Source: an uncultured Candidatus Saccharibacteria bacterium (lineage in GTDB: Bacteria > Patescibacteriota > Minisyncoccia > Phycocordibacterales > Phycocordibacteraceae). Taken from it: a DNA stretch of 64,000 bases. Position 1 is the first letter of the stretch; the number at the start of each line of letters is the position of its first letter. Of the stretch, positions 18,523 to 27,525 are shown piece after piece. The translations under genes were made by a program, and so were the position numbers. The notes under the pieces are model-generated. The model was not told where the DNA came from, did not search any database, and was given only the letters and a program-made list of their open reading frames with translations. The stretch spans positions 9,291 to 73,290 of the forward strand of contig CAZXAN010000002.1 of NCBI GenBank assembly GCA_964638585.1, written 5' to 3'.

Positions 18523-18714
18523 CGTCTTCTCCTTGGTTTACGAGCTAGGGTCTTATTGAGGCCTTGTACTGTCAAAGAACAATAACCTCATTACAAGATT
18601 GCCTGCGTAACAATAAGCTTCTGTGTCATTTTGTCAATGCGCTCAACTGACATTTGGATAGTATCGTTAGCTCTCGTTAAAGCTATTACAAAAATTGATA
18701 TAATTTTAAATATT

Positions 18715-18951
18715 ATGTATATAAAAGTATTCGTCACGCCAGATGCGAAGCGGGAGAAGGTTGATGAGGAAGGTGACACCTTACGGATTTCTGTGCGGGA
18801 GCCTGCACTTCAGAACTGCGCGAATACGCGCGTAAGGGAAATCGTTGCGAATCGGCTAGGAGTAGAAGTAGGTAAGGTGCGGATACTGACAGGACATCGC
18901 TCACGGGTTAAGATGATAAGTGTTACTATCAAGCGAACGAGTGAAGAATGA
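18715..18951 (+). CDS. DUF167 (YggU) family small protein
   Basis: MYIKVFVTPDAKREKV...LRISVREPALQNCANT...LTGHRSRVK; start moved to ATG 18715; TATAAT at 18698-18703. Confidence 0.55.
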   Translation: MYIKVFVTPDAKREKVDEEGDTLRISVREPALQNCANTRVREIVANRLGVEVGKVRILTGHRSRVKMISVTIKRTSEE

Positions 18952-19018
18952 GATTCCTATCTTATTCTTCCGAGCGAGCGCAGAGAGGAAGCTTTGCTTA
19001 TTAGATAACATCTCACAC

Positions 19019-19381
19019 ATGAACATCACTATCAAGGCGACCAAGTACCGATTAACTCCAGAGACTGAAGCGATTATTCAAAAAAAACTTTCGGCGCCGC
19101 TCCGATTGCTCGGAGAGGATAGTGAGAGAGCGTTATTAGAAATAGATGTTGAAGAAGCGCCACCAGAGGGCAGATCATCAGAGCCCTGTCGTCTTGTCGC
19201 ACGACTCGCCATAGACGGGAAGATGTATCACGCCAAGGCCGTGAAGCCGACGCCAGAGAGCGCGGCAGACAGGGTCAGAAGCGAGTTAGAAGCAGAAATA
19301 CGAAAGGATCGCGGGCGCGAGAAGACGTTTGTGCGTCGTAGCGGCGCGGCGATTAAGAGGATGCTACGTTTTGGTAGTTAG
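19019..19381 (+). CDS. hpf: Ribosome hibernation promoting factor / RaiA family (short form)
   Basis: MNITIKATKYRLTPETEAIIQKKL N-terminus typical of HPF/YfiA; start at ATG 19019. Confidence 0.6.
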   Translation: MNITIKATKYRLTPETEAIIQKKLSAPLRLLGEDSERALLEIDVEEAPPEGRSSEPCRLVARLAIDGKMYHAKAVKPTPESAADRVRSELEAEIRKDRGREKTFVRRSGAAIKRMLRFGS

Positions 19382-20741
19382 ATTCGCGTTTGCCTTCGGG
19401 GATGACGCGTTCAACGATAAATTTTCCGTTTGAGAACGATGCTTTCGTTATTTTCATTCGCTTGCCAGCATCAAAAAAGAAAGTGCCGATAGAGTCGGCG
19501 TAGGCGCGGTATTTATTCCAATTATCACGGCTGTCGCCTTCTAGGTCCAGAAGGCCGTCTTCTTTTTTCAACTTGCGCGCGCGCGTAGCGCGCGCAGGGT
19601 CTTGAGCGACGGGAGTTATTTTACCCTCTAAATATTCTGGAATCGTGACAGTGAGCAAATTCGCTCCCATTTCTATCAATCTCGGCCGCAATTCTCGAGC
19701 CGTTTCTGTATCACCGATCCGAGTCGACTCTTGTGCGATGATATCGCCGGCATCGAGCTCTTTCACCATCTTTTGGATCGTCACTCCGGTCACGTCGTCT
19801 CCGTTTAGGAGAGCCGTCTCGAGTGGCGTGGCTCCGCGATATTTTGGGAGTAGGGAATAGTGCACATTTAATATGCCTTTTGGAAATGCATTGATAAGAT
19901 CTTCGGGCAGAATCTTCCCATATGCGACGCAGACAGCATACTCACAGTTCAGGTGCGCGATTTCTTCTATTGCCATTGTATCGAGCTCGTTGGGTGTAAT
20001 GACGGGAAGTTCGTTTGCTATCGCGAGGAGCTTTGTCTCTGACGGCGTGAGGGCGAGCCCGCGGCCTTTTGGCGCATCGGGCGATGTTACGACGAGTGAT
20101 GGTATAAAGCCATGCTCGATTAAGGTCGCGAGTGTCTCGGAGGCGACCTTCGGCGTGCCGAAGAATACAAAGGGATGCGCGGGGCCGTGCTTTATTCGGA
20201 TAAGCCGGTCGGCGTGGTCTATAAATAAAATGCCGTTTAAGTGATCAATCTCGTGTTCAAATATCTGTGCCATGAGGCCTCCGGCGCCGCGCATGATGTG
20301 TGAGCCATCGGCGCCGCGCGCTTTAATAGTCACGCGCTCGTGGCGATTGGTTGTCCCATAGACACCGTGGACCGACAAGCATCCCTCATCGGCGAGCGCA
20401 CGCTTTCTTGAAGTCTTCACTATCTCGGGATTCACATACACCTCGATCTGTGGCGGCGAGACACCCAAGTCAGACTTGGGTGTCTCGCCGCCAAGTGAAG
20501 TATCTGGAGATATAGGCAAGGTGCGGTCCTTCCTCACAATAAACATCCGCCAAGAAACGCCCACCTGCGGCGCGGCGAGCGCCACCCCTTCGGGGAATTG
20601 GTCAAGCGCCTCGCTCATATCCTCAATTAATTTGGACAGCTCCGCAGACGCGAACATTTCTTCGGGCACAGCCTTCGCTACCTCACGCAGTATCGTATCC
20701 CCATCTTGCACGATTTCTTTCATTGTTGTCCAGTATACCAA
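19353..20741 (-). CDS. def-fmt: Peptide deformylase - methionyl-tRNA formyltransferase fusion protein
   Basis: N-terminal Def motifs EGCLS and HEIDHLNG; after a 4-aa linker, Fmt N-terminus FFGTPKVASETL, middle HYSLLPKYRGATPLETALLNGD, Fmt C-domain; single uninterrupted 462-aa frame. Confidence 0.8.
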   Translation of the reverse strand: MVYWTTMKEIVQDGDTILREVAKAVPEEMFASAELSKLIEDMSEALDQFPEGVALAAPQVGVSWRMFIVRKDRTLPISPDTSLGGETPKSDLGVSPPQIEVYVNPEIVKTSRKRALADEGCLSVHGVYGTTNRHERVTIKARGADGSHIMRGAGGLMAQIFEHEIDHLNGILFIDHADRLIRIKHGPAHPFVFFGTPKVASETLATLIEHGFIPSLVVTSPDAPKGRGLALTPSETKLLAIANELPVITPNELDTMAIEEIAHLNCEYAVCVAYGKILPEDLINAFPKGILNVHYSLLPKYRGATPLETALLNGDDVTGVTIQKMVKELDAGDIIAQESTRIGDTETARELRPRLIEMGANLLTVTIPEYLEGKITPVAQDPARATRARKLKKEDGLLDLEGDSRDNWNKYRAYADSIGTFFFDAGKRMKITKASFSNGKFIVERVIPEGKRESNYQNVASS

Positions 20742-20743
20742 AA

Positions 20744-21028
20744 TTAGTGTTTTGTAGGGTCAAGCTCCCACCAGAAGGTTTTGCTGAAGCTCTTTGCCTG
20801 ACTGCAGACGCTTTTTAAATAATATAAATCTTTTGTCGGGATTTGTTCCAAGACGGTGCCGAGATGCGCCATTGTGATAGGCGCTAGGCCGTCCTGCTTT
20901 CTTGAATAATTTAAATGCCTCTGGAAGAATCGCATCAGCTCGCCCCTCTCCGTCTGCCGCTTTCTCCCCTTGGGCGCCTCCGCCGCTTTCTTTGTTATGT
21001 TCGGGAGCAACTCACCGATTGATTTCAT
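20744..21028 (-). CDS. Hypothetical basic protein between murA and def-fmt
   Basis: 94-aa ORF abutting both neighbours. Confidence 0.3.
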   Translation of the reverse strand: MKSIGELLPNITKKAAEAPKGRKRQTERGELMRFFQRHLNYSRKQDGLAPITMAHLGTVLEQIPTKDLYYLKSVCSQAKSFSKTFWWELDPTKH

Positions 21029-22332
21029 GTTGCTTCAATTGAGGCACCGAGTTTCTGCAGGCGCGAGACGATGTCTTCGTATCCGCGGTTGATAGAGTAG
21101 ACGTTACGGAGCGTGGAGCGGCCTTTGGCCGCGAGCATCGCGACGAGGATGATGGTCGCGGGGCGGAGCGCGGGTGGGCAGATCACTTCTGCGGCTTTCA
21201 GATCCCTTTTGCCCTCAATTGAAATGCGATGTGGATCGTGAAGGTTTGTTATAGCACCTAGGCGGTCTAGCTCGGTGTAATAAATAGCGCGTTTCTCATA
21301 AACCCAATCGTGAATTAGCGTCGTACCCTCTGCCTGAGTGGAGATAGCTGCAAAGAAAGGCAGGTTGTCCATATTTAGGCCGGGATACGGGCGCGCATGA
21401 ATCTTCTCAGGGAATGCGGTGAGGTGGGGCGAATGCTCTATAACAATATCTTTCAATTTCGTAATGCCGTTTTCAGATAGTCGGCTTTCAGAGAGTGAAA
21501 ATTTTAACCCCATTTTCTCTAGCACGAGAAGCTCCACTTCAAGGAATTCGTAAGGCGCGTTTGCTATCGTGATAGCCGAGCCGGTGACCGCCGCCGCAGA
21601 GATAAAGAACATTGCGTCTGTCGGGTCCTCAGCCACGCTATATGAGACATCTCTCCCGATGTCCGCGACACCGTGCACCGTGAGCGTCGTCGTGCCGATG
21701 CCGTCTACTTCAACGCCGATGGCGCGTAAGAATCCGCACACCTCCTGCACCTGATAATTCGCCGATGCATATTTAATTATAGAAATACCGGGGATGCGCG
21801 CGGCGGCGAAGAGAGCATTTTCAGTCGCCGTGTCGCTAGATTCAAAAAGGACTACTTCAGCAGGGTGGAGAGCGCTGTGTTTAATACTGAAATGATCAGT
21901 CAATGCTTCTATTTCAACACCGAACTTTTCCAGAGCGAAGAGATGAGGGCGCACAGTGCGCAATCCAAGAGTGCAGCCACCGGACTGCGGTAGTTCAAAT
22001 TTTTTAAACATGTGAATCAATGGGCCGATGAACATCAAGATGCTACGCGTCTTGGTCGCCGCGACGGTATCAATCGTTTCCAGATTAATTTTTTCTGGTG
22101 GAGTTATCACCACGTTCGCATCCTCCCATATGACCGATACTCCAATAGACTTAAGCACCTCAATGAGGCGATGTACTTCTTCTATCTTCGGCACGTTAAG
22201 TAATGTTGTCGTGCCGCGATTTAAGAGAGAAGCGGCGAGGAGCGCGACCGCGCCGTTCTTAGATCGGCTCGTCTCTACTCTCCCCGAGAGATGCTTGCCG
22301 CCGTCTACTACGAAATTCATCTCGCCTTGCAT
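21025..22332 (-). CDS. murA: UDP-N-acetylglucosamine 1-carboxyvinyltransferase MurA
   Basis: N-terminus MNFVVDGGKHLSGRVETSRSKNGAVALLAASLL; start trimmed to Met at 22332 (or 22320). Confidence 0.85.
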   Translation of the reverse strand: MQGEMNFVVDGGKHLSGRVETSRSKNGAVALLAASLLNRGTTTLLNVPKIEEVHRLIEVLKSIGVSVIWEDANVVITPPEKINLETIDTVAATKTRSILMFIGPLIHMFKKFELPQSGGCTLGLRTVRPHLFALEKFGVEIEALTDHFSIKHSALHPAEVVLFESSDTATENALFAAARIPGISIIKYASANYQVQEVCGFLRAIGVEVDGIGTTTLTVHGVADIGRDVSYSVAEDPTDAMFFISAAAVTGSAITIANAPYEFLEVELLVLEKMGLKFSLSESRLSENGITKLKDIVIEHSPHLTAFPEKIHARPYPGLNMDNLPFFAAISTQAEGTTLIHDWVYEKRAIYYTELDRLGAITNLHDPHRISIEGKRDLKAAEVICPPALRPATIILVAMLAAKGRSTLRNVYSINRGYEDIVSRLQKLGASIEAT

Positions 22333-22361
22333 AGGGCTATCGTAACACTTATGATGACCAC

Positions 22362-23387
22362 ATGTCATTCTTTTCTCCCAAACTCGGAATAGACTTAGGC
22401 ACCACAAACGTACTTGTCTTCGTGCCAGGGAAGGGGGTGGTGATTAATGAGCCGTCGGTGGTGGCGGTGGGGAAGGCGCGCGGATCTCGAGGTAATAATA
22501 AAATTCTCGCCATCGGTGTAGAGGCTAAGAAGATGGTCGGCCGCACACCTGACGACATTATCGCTTATCGACCTATGAAGGACGGAGTGATAGCCGATTA
22601 CAGAGTTACAGAAGCAATGCTTAGGTATTTTATGAAAAAAGCCCTCGGACGTAACCCCTTCAAGCCTACTGTATTAATTTCTGTCCCCGCTGGCGTGACA
22701 TCTACTGAAAAAAGAGCAGTCATAGAAGCTGCGATAAAAGCTGGCGCCAAGAATGCATATGTGGTGAAGGAGCCGATACTTGCCGCGATTGGCGCGGGCA
22801 TCCCCATTCACGAGCCGATGGGGCGAATGGTCGCAGACATCGGCGGTGGGACGATAGACGTGGCAGTGATATCGCTCGGAGGAATCGTTGCTTCCACGAG
22901 CGTGAAGTGCGCGGGCGATCGCTTGGATCATTCCATCATTGACCACGTGAAGAAGACTCACAATCTCGCGATAGGCGAGAAGACCGCTGAAGAATTAAAG
23001 ATTAAAGTTGGCGCTGCTGTGCCGATGAACGAAGAGATCACGATGGCGATAAAGGGGCGCGACCTGATGAGCGGGCTCCCGCGCACGGTAGAGCTTGGCA
23101 CCAACGAGCTCGTGCAGGCAATGTCAAAAGAGTTGCGTGAGATGACGCAGGCTATCCGCAAGGTGCTCCAAGAGACACCGCCAGAGCTCGCCGCCGACAT
23201 CATAGACAACGGCATAATCCTCACAGGTGGCTCCTCCCAACTTCGCCAGATGCCCGAGCTCGTCTACCGCCGTACCGGCGTGGTCGCCAAGCTCGGTCAA
23301 GACCCGTACTTTTGCGTAGCGCGCGGCACGGGCGTGGCGCTGAAGCATCTCCATACCTACCAAAAAAGCATCCTCGCGAAGCAATGA
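22362..23387 (+). CDS. mreB: Rod shape-determining protein MreB (paralog 1)
   Basis: IDLGTTNVLVFV, DIGGGTIDVAVISLGG actin-fold motifs. Confidence 0.85.
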   Translation: MSFFSPKLGIDLGTTNVLVFVPGKGVVINEPSVVAVGKARGSRGNNKILAIGVEAKKMVGRTPDDIIAYRPMKDGVIADYRVTEAMLRYFMKKALGRNPFKPTVLISVPAGVTSTEKRAVIEAAIKAGAKNAYVVKEPILAAIGAGIPIHEPMGRMVADIGGGTIDVAVISLGGIVASTSVKCAGDRLDHSIIDHVKKTHNLAIGEKTAEELKIKVGAAVPMNEEITMAIKGRDLMSGLPRTVELGTNELVQAMSKELREMTQAIRKVLQETPPELAADIIDNGIILTGGSSQLRQMPELVYRRTGVVAKLGQDPYFCVARGTGVALKHLHTYQKSILAKQ

Positions 23388-24067
23388 ACACAACTAGACA
23401 TCATGCGTTTGTTATTGAGGCGGAGGCAGAGGAGGGGATACAGGTAGCGCAGGCGTGGGTGAAAGATAATATCGGGATGGAGGCAAAGGCGAACCCAGAT
23501 ATGATTGTGTTGAGATATGGACTATTCTCGGTTGAGGATGCGCGGCGAGTTTCTGAACTCGCCGCGAGCGCGCCTTTTGATGGCGAAAGTAAGGTGCTAA
23601 TTATTGCCGCGAGTCGCGCTTATCACGAAGCGCAGAATTCGCTCTTGAAACTTTTTGAAGAACCATCCCCAGGCACATACTTGTTTTTAATATTGCCAAG
23701 TTTGGGCGGGCTGTTACCGACACTGCGTTCCCGCGTCCAGATACTCGGTGGAAAGTGGGGACTTACGAAGTCCCCACTTCCGGGCGCGGCGGAGGAGTTT
23801 ATGAAGGCTAGTAAAGAAAAAAGAAGCGTGATGATAAAGAAGATAGCGGCGCACGCTGATGGCGATGCTGTCTCGGCGAGAGAAGAGGCTCTCGCTATCG
23901 TAAACGGCATTGAGGCGGTCGCATACATGTCGGGACGTACGACGTCCCGACATCGAGAATTGCTTGAAGATATACAAGTGCTACGCGGATACCTAAATGA
24001 TCGCTCGGCACCTGTGCGTATGATTCTGGAGCACGTATCAATGATAATTCCCAAAAATTTGCTATAA
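23384..24067 (+). CDS. holB: DNA polymerase III delta'-like subunit (short, no Walker A)
   Basis: LLKLFEEPSPGTYLFLI and LPTLRSR blocks; ATGA overlap with mreB stop. Confidence 0.65.
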   Translation: MNTTRHHAFVIEAEAEEGIQVAQAWVKDNIGMEAKANPDMIVLRYGLFSVEDARRVSELAASAPFDGESKVLIIAASRAYHEAQNSLLKLFEEPSPGTYLFLILPSLGGLLPTLRSRVQILGGKWGLTKSPLPGAAEEFMKASKEKRSVMIKKIAAHADGDAVSAREEALAIVNGIEAVAYMSGRTTSRHRELLEDIQVLRGYLNDRSAPVRMILEHVSMIIPKNLL

Positions 24068-24115
24068 TTACTGCATTATCCTGCTTACTGCCTTCTGCTA
24101 ACTGCTTACTATTTT

Positions 24116-24676
24116 ATGGCATACGATTTTTCAAAATTAAAAGCGCAAATTAAAGAGACAGAGGAGTGGCTCGCGCGTGAGCTGTCGGGCGTGAGGACTG
24201 GCAGAGCGACGCCGACATTGCTCGACGCTGTGAAGCCCGAAGCATATGGTACTAGAACAGCGCTGAAAGAGCTTGGCTCTGTATCTACTGAAGATGCTAG
24301 GACTTTGCGCATTATCCCCTGGGATAAAACTCTTCTGAAAGCAATAGAGAAGGGAATTACAGACGCTGATCTAGGAGTTGGTGTCTCTACTGACGACCAG
24401 GGCATCCGCGTCTCGTTTCCAGAACTCACAAGCGAGCGTCGTGAGCAGTTAACAAAAATAGCGAGGGACAGAACAGAACAAGCGAAAGTGACGCTACGCC
24501 AGCACCGCACCGACGCGCTTAAAGCGCTTAAAGCGCTTGAAGTCGCAGAAGAGGCAGGTGGTATGGGAGAGGATGAAGTTGCGCGCCTGAAGACAGAAAT
24601 CCAGAAATTGATTGACGCGGGCAACGAATCGCTCGCCAAAGTCCTGGAACGTAAGGAGACTGAGATAAGTCAGTAA
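24116..24676 (+). CDS. frr: Ribosome recycling factor
   Basis: 186 aa, GVRTGRATPTLLD and DQGIRVSFPELTSERREQL blocks. Confidence 0.85.
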   Translation: MAYDFSKLKAQIKETEEWLARELSGVRTGRATPTLLDAVKPEAYGTRTALKELGSVSTEDARTLRIIPWDKTLLKAIEKGITDADLGVGVSTDDQGIRVSFPELTSERREQLTKIARDRTEQAKVTLRQHRTDALKALKALEVAEEAGGMGEDEVARLKTEIQKLIDAGNESLAKVLERKETEISQ

Positions 24677-24703
24677 GCACCAAGCAGGAGCAGGTCGCAG
24701 GAT

Positions 24704-25852
24704 TTGTTATACTCACTGTATGACTGCCTACTGCTCCTGCTAACTGCTATGTCTATTCTCATTTTTATTGTCGTTATAGTGGCGCTCATTATTGTCCACG
24801 AGCTTGGGCATTTTATCGTAGCTAAATGGTCGGGGATGCGCGTGGACGAATTCGGACTCGGATATCCACCGCGTGCGATGATCATCGGTGAGAAAAACGG
24901 CACTCTCTACACTCTTAACTGGTTGCCATTTGGAGGCTTTGTGAAGATATTTGGCGAAAATAGTGAGCAGGAAGCAGTAGCAGACAGCAGATCATTCACA
25001 TCAAGGCCAAGAATCCAGCAGGCGCTGGTGCTTGTCGCTGGGGTTGCGATGAATCTCTTATTTGCGTACGTACTGATCACAGGCGCGCTAATCGCCGGCA
25101 CACCGCGAGCGCTTTCTGAGAGCGAAGTCGCTACTGCAAAAAATGTAGAGCTTGCTGTCGCAAATGTTCTATCTGGCTCGCCAGCCGCGCTCGCAGGGGT
25201 TGTGCCGGGCGACATAATCCTCTCGTCAGAAGACGGACACTATTTATATGATGGGACAGATCCTGCAGAGTTCACAAAGTTTGTCGCAAATGGAGCCGGC
25301 AACACAACTATCGCACTCTCTGTACGGCACGCGAGCGGAGAAGAAGAATTACTTTTTGCACGGCCAGTAGCTGGTGTAATCGCCTCAGACAAGTCGCGCC
25401 CTGCGCTCGGCGTTGAAGTCGCGACAATCGGCGTAGTGCCTATTTCGTTTGGCTCGGCGATTGTTGAAGGCGCACGGCTCACATGGGGTGCGACTGTCTT
25501 GACTGCGCAAGGCCTCTGGCACTTCTTCTACGGCGTCTTCACCTTTTCAGCCGATCTCTCGCAAGTCGCCGGGCCGGTCGGCATCGCTGGTGCTGTCGGT
25601 TCGGCGTCTATGCAAGGCTTTGGTTATCTATTTTCAATAATGGCTATTATTTCTATCAATCTCGCGCTCATTAATTTAATTCCTATTCCTGCGCTTGATG
25701 GTGGCCGTCTTCTTTTTGTAATTATAGAAAGCATCATTCGCAGACCGATTAAAGCGAGTGTCGCGCAGGCGGTCAACGGCGTCGGCTTCGTCTTCTTAAT
25801 TCTTCTAATGCTCGTCGTCACAGCCAACGACATCTTCAAAATCGTCGGCTAG
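24704..25852 (+). CDS. rseP: RseP-type site-2 zinc metalloprotease with PDZ domain
   Basis: HELGHF, PDZ GSPAALAGVVPGDIIL, C-terminal LDGG. Confidence 0.8.
   Translation: MLYSLYDCLLLLLTAMSILIFIVVIVALIIVHELGHFIVAKWSGMRVDEFGLGYPPRAMIIGEKNGTLYTLNWLPFGGFVKIFGENSEQEAVADSRSFTSRPRIQQALVLVAGVAMNLLFAYVLITGALIAGTPRALSESEVATAKNVELAVANVLSGSPAALAGVVPGDIILSSEDGHYLYDGTDPAEFTKFVANGAGNTTIALSVRHASGEEELLFARPVAGVIASDKSRPALGVEVATIGVVPISFGSAIVEGARLTWGATVLTAQGLWHFFYGVFTFSADLSQVAGPVGIAGAVGSASMQGFGYLFSIMAIISINLALINLIPIPALDGGRLLFVIIESIIRRPIKASVAQAVNGVGFVFLILLMLVVTANDIFKIVG
25811..25852 (+). repeat. Copy A of 42-bp direct repeat (3' end of rseP)
   Basis: CTCGTCGTCACAGCCAACGACATCTTCAAAATCGTCGGCTAG versus copy B at 26207-26248; 35/42 identical. 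Confidence 0.6.
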
Positions 25853-26292
25853 TGGGGAAGTGTGATTTTCGTCTCGATTGCGAGAGCTTCTATCTGTCTG
25901 TCGTGTCGAGCGAGATGTATAGAACCCATGCTATTTTCATTTCGTAAATCCTGGATCGCCCCCGAGAGACCGTCAACTGCGTTCTCGATTCGTCCGACCG
26001 CAAGTGCCACAGAGTCTAGTTTATCGCTGACTTCACCAATCTCGACTCGCACACCGACAATCTCCTCCCCAAGTTCTTTCTTTGTAGAAAAAGCTTTAAG
26101 GTCCGCTTTTGTAGCGAAGACACTTTTAAGTTTAGTTATGTCCGTATCGGTAATCATGCGAGGAATTGTATCACAAGTAATGCTAAGGGGTATTCCGTAT
26201 TCACAGCTCGTCGTCACCGCCCACGACATCTTTAAAATTGTTGGGTAAATGCTTTTGCGCTTCGCGCGGGAGGGGCATATACTGTGAAGCAT
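25849..26292 (-). CDS. Hypothetical coiled-coil protein inserted between rseP and proS
   Basis: 147-aa ORF with protein-like composition, bracketed by the duplicated rseP 3' end. Confidence 0.35.
   Translation of the reverse strand: MLHSICPSRAKRKSIYPTILKMSWAVTTSCEYGIPLSITCDTIPRMITDTDITKLKSVFATKADLKAFSTKKELGEEIVGVRVEIGEVSDKLDSVALAVGRIENAVDGLSGAIQDLRNENSMGSIHLARHDRQIEALAIETKITLPH
26207..26248 (+). repeat. Copy B of 42-bp direct repeat (relic rseP 3' end)
   Basis: CTCGTCGTCACCGCCCACGACATCTTTAAAATTGTTGGGTAA; encodes ...LVVTAHDIFKIVG* versus rseP ...LVVTANDIFKIVG*. Confidence 0.6.
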
Positions 26293-27523
26293 GAGGCAGT
26301 CAAAGCTTTTTACTAAGGCGAGGCGCGAAGCGCCGAGCGACGAGGTCGCGAAAAATGCACAGCTCCTCGTGCGCGCGGGCTATATCCATAAAGAAATGGC
26401 GGGAGTGTATTCGTATCTGCCACTCGGTTTGCGTACTTTAAATAAGATAGTGCAGATTATTCGCGAAGAGATGAACGCCATCGGCGGACAGGAATTATTG
26501 CTTTCATCTCTACAAAATCCGGAACTGTGGAAGAAGACTGATCGATGGAATCAGGATGTGTGGTTTAAGACGTCGCTCAACGTCGGTGGCGAGTTAGGCC
26601 TCGGCTGGACACAAGAAGAAGCGATTACGCACATGGCGACACAACACGTTAGCTCGTATCGCGACTTACCTTTCGCCGGTTACCAGATACAAACGAAGTT
26701 TAGAAATGAAGAGCGTGCGAAGTCTGGCATCATGCGCGGGCGCGAATTCTTAATGAAGGACTTGTATTCTTTTCATGTTGATCAAAACGATCTGGATGCG
26801 TTTTACGAGAAAGCTACTGAGGCGTACAAGAATGTATTTAATAGAGCTGGCATCGGCGATAAAACATTTGTGACGTTTGCATCTGGCGGAGCATTTTCTA
26901 AATATAGTCACGAATTCCAGACGCTTAATCCAGCCGGCGAGGACACTATATATGTATCGCGTGAGAAAAATATTGCAATAAATAAAGAAGTTTTGACTGA
27001 TGAGGTGTTAGCTGACCTCGGCGTATCGCGAGAGAGCCTAGAGGAGTCGCAGGCAGTAGAAGTCGGCAATATATTTAAACTCGGCACGCGCTTTTCCGAG
27101 CCACTCGGACTCTCATATGTAGATAAAGATGGCAAAAAGAATCCAGTGGTTATGGGTTGTTATGGCGTTGGTCCTACGCGCTTGATGGGTGTCATTGTTG
27201 AAGCTTTGTCTGACGACAAGGGTCTTGTCTGGCCCGAGGCTGTCGCGCCGTTTAAAGTACATCTCGTTTCGCTCGGCAAAGAAGGCGATGACATAACGAA
27301 ATGCGCAGAAGGCGTTTATGCTGAGCTTGTCGAAGCAGGTGTTGAAGTCTTGTATGACGATCGCGATGCACGCGCCGGCGAGAAGTTCGCAGAAAGTGAC
27401 CTGCTCGGCATACCAAAGAGAATTGTGGTCGGGAAGGACGCGGTCGCCACTGGCGAGTTTGAAGTGGTTGACCGCGCGAGTGGAAAGGTAGAGAAAGTGT
27501 CGCGCGCAAAACTGGTTGGATAA
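26291..27523 (+). CDS. proS: Prolyl-tRNA synthetase (short bacterial type without insertion/editing domain)
   Basis: Class II motifs FRNEERAKSGIMRGREF and GCYGVGPTRLMGV, C-terminal anticodon-binding domain. Confidence 0.85.
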   Translation: MRQSKLFTKARREAPSDEVAKNAQLLVRAGYIHKEMAGVYSYLPLGLRTLNKIVQIIREEMNAIGGQELLLSSLQNPELWKKTDRWNQDVWFKTSLNVGGELGLGWTQEEAITHMATQHVSSYRDLPFAGYQIQTKFRNEERAKSGIMRGREFLMKDLYSFHVDQNDLDAFYEKATEAYKNVFNRAGIGDKTFVTFASGGAFSKYSHEFQTLNPAGEDTIYVSREKNIAINKEVLTDEVLADLGVSRESLEESQAVEVGNIFKLGTRFSEPLGLSYVDKDGKKNPVVMGCYGVGPTRLMGVIVEALSDDKGLVWPEAVAPFKVHLVSLGKEGDDITKCAEGVYAELVEAGVEVLYDDRDARAGEKFAESDLLGIPKRIVVGKDAVATGEFEVVDRASGKVEKVSRAKLVG

Positions 27524-27525
27524 GT

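Noticed and set aside
25862-26248. Plus-strand 128-aa ORF between rseP and proS
   Set aside because: Ser/Thr/Pro/Arg-rich antisense translation of the 147-aa minus-strand gene. Only its last 14 codons are meaningful, as the relic of the rseP terminus.
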